64,000 nucleotides of DNA from the human T2T-CHM13v2.0 reference genome, Homo sapiens. Positions 60,450 to 64,000 of this stretch are shown here, piece by piece. Below the pieces are notes generated by a model. It was not told the DNA's origin, did not search any database, and saw nothing but the letters and a program-made list of their open reading frames with translations. How positions within the stretch are numbered: the stretch's first letter is position 1; every line of letters begins with the position of its first letter. Location of the stretch: assembly GCF_009914755.1 (NCBI RefSeq), contig NC_060931.1, one strand, 5' to 3'. The translations under genes and the position numbers were made by a program.

Positions 60450-60960
60450 TTTTCCTGCAAGAATAAGAAAATCCAACGCAAAATTGCTTAAGCAATAAGC
60501 AAAATGTATTATTTCACATATTAGGAAGTCTAAAGTTTGAAAGGTTTGACAGTTAGATAATTCAGTGGCATATTGACATCATCAGTGACCTAAGTGTTTT
60601 CTATCTTTATGACCTGTCATCCTCAGTGAATTGCTTTGCCTTTTATGGACCCAAGATGACTGTAAAATGTAGAGAGGCATAAATGCAGTCTTTCCTTCTA
60701 TGGGTCTCCTTAATGGACTTTATCCAGATGGTTCCCAGCAGATGTCTCTTTTCAGCCTATTTACCAGAACTGTGTGACAAGACCAATTCTTTTAATTCTT
60801 TTAACCCATCTTTTAACCCATCTTTATTTACTTCTTGGAGCTAAAAATAATCCAGAGTGCAGGGACACGAGATACCTGAACAAACCTGAGCTTCTATTAA
60901 TAAAGAAGGTGGAAAATAGTGGTTTACAGGAAAACAGCAGTATCTGCTACATTCTACATT
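60450..60960 (-). mobile_element. Old MLT1 LTR (degenerate)
   Basis: 'tgcaagaataagaaaatccaac...gcttaagcaataag', 'ccaagatgactg', 'ccagaactgtgtgaca'. Confidence 0.5.
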
Positions 60961-61329
60961 CATTCTAGGTTATAAAACAGTTCCTCACGACAGAGCTAGA
61001 CAGGTGTAGAACCATACACGATCAAGATGCAGCAAATCAAAGAGCTGTGTGTCTAAGCATCTGAAATCCATCTTTGACAATGACTATATACATGATATGA
61101 AAAAAATTTTAAAAGGTTAAGTGATAGACTGATTTGAGTTGAATCTAAGCCGCTCTTCATATTAGTTGTTCTATTCCTTCTTATGCTCCTCACTAAACCT
61201 CAGTTTCTTAATCAATAGTCGGATAAAAATAGAAAAATAATGAGAGGAAAGTTCTCTGTGGTAACACTTATATGATTCTGTAGTAGTCTGACTGTTTGTG
61301 CCTTTACCTTATGACACTATAAACTTAAT

Positions 61330-64000
<2,671 letters not shown>

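Overview
AT-rich, CpG-poor, non-coding human genomic DNA (intergenic or deep intronic). Human origin is inferred from an Alu carrying all five AluYa5 diagnostic bases. I recognise no protein-coding gene, RNA gene or CpG-island promoter. The supplied ORFs are short and derive from Alu, L1, MaLR or microsatellite sequence, or are chance frames. Most of the window is layered transposon debris: 8 Alus (J, S, Y, Ya5), L1s from L1ME-like to L1PA7-like (including a ~5 kb L1PA15/16-like copy), many L2/MIR/L3 fragments, MaLR LTRs (MLT1, THE1), a complete THE1B-like provirus, an older MLT1 provirus-like unit with dissimilar LTRs, and hAT elements. Repeat family calls come from remembered consensus sequences and need RepeatMasker/Dfam confirmation; boundaries of old repeats are approximate. 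The most unusual structure is a ~165-bp-arm inverted duplication around a TA/TG microsatellite (45222-45749). It creates a 439-nt GT-AG intron-like unit with donor, branch point and acceptor on both strands. Other points: microsatellite birth inside an AluYa5 target-site duplication, DUX4 motifs in all four THE1 LTRs, and a few orphan exon candidates. I cannot support a claim of a new multi-gene system.
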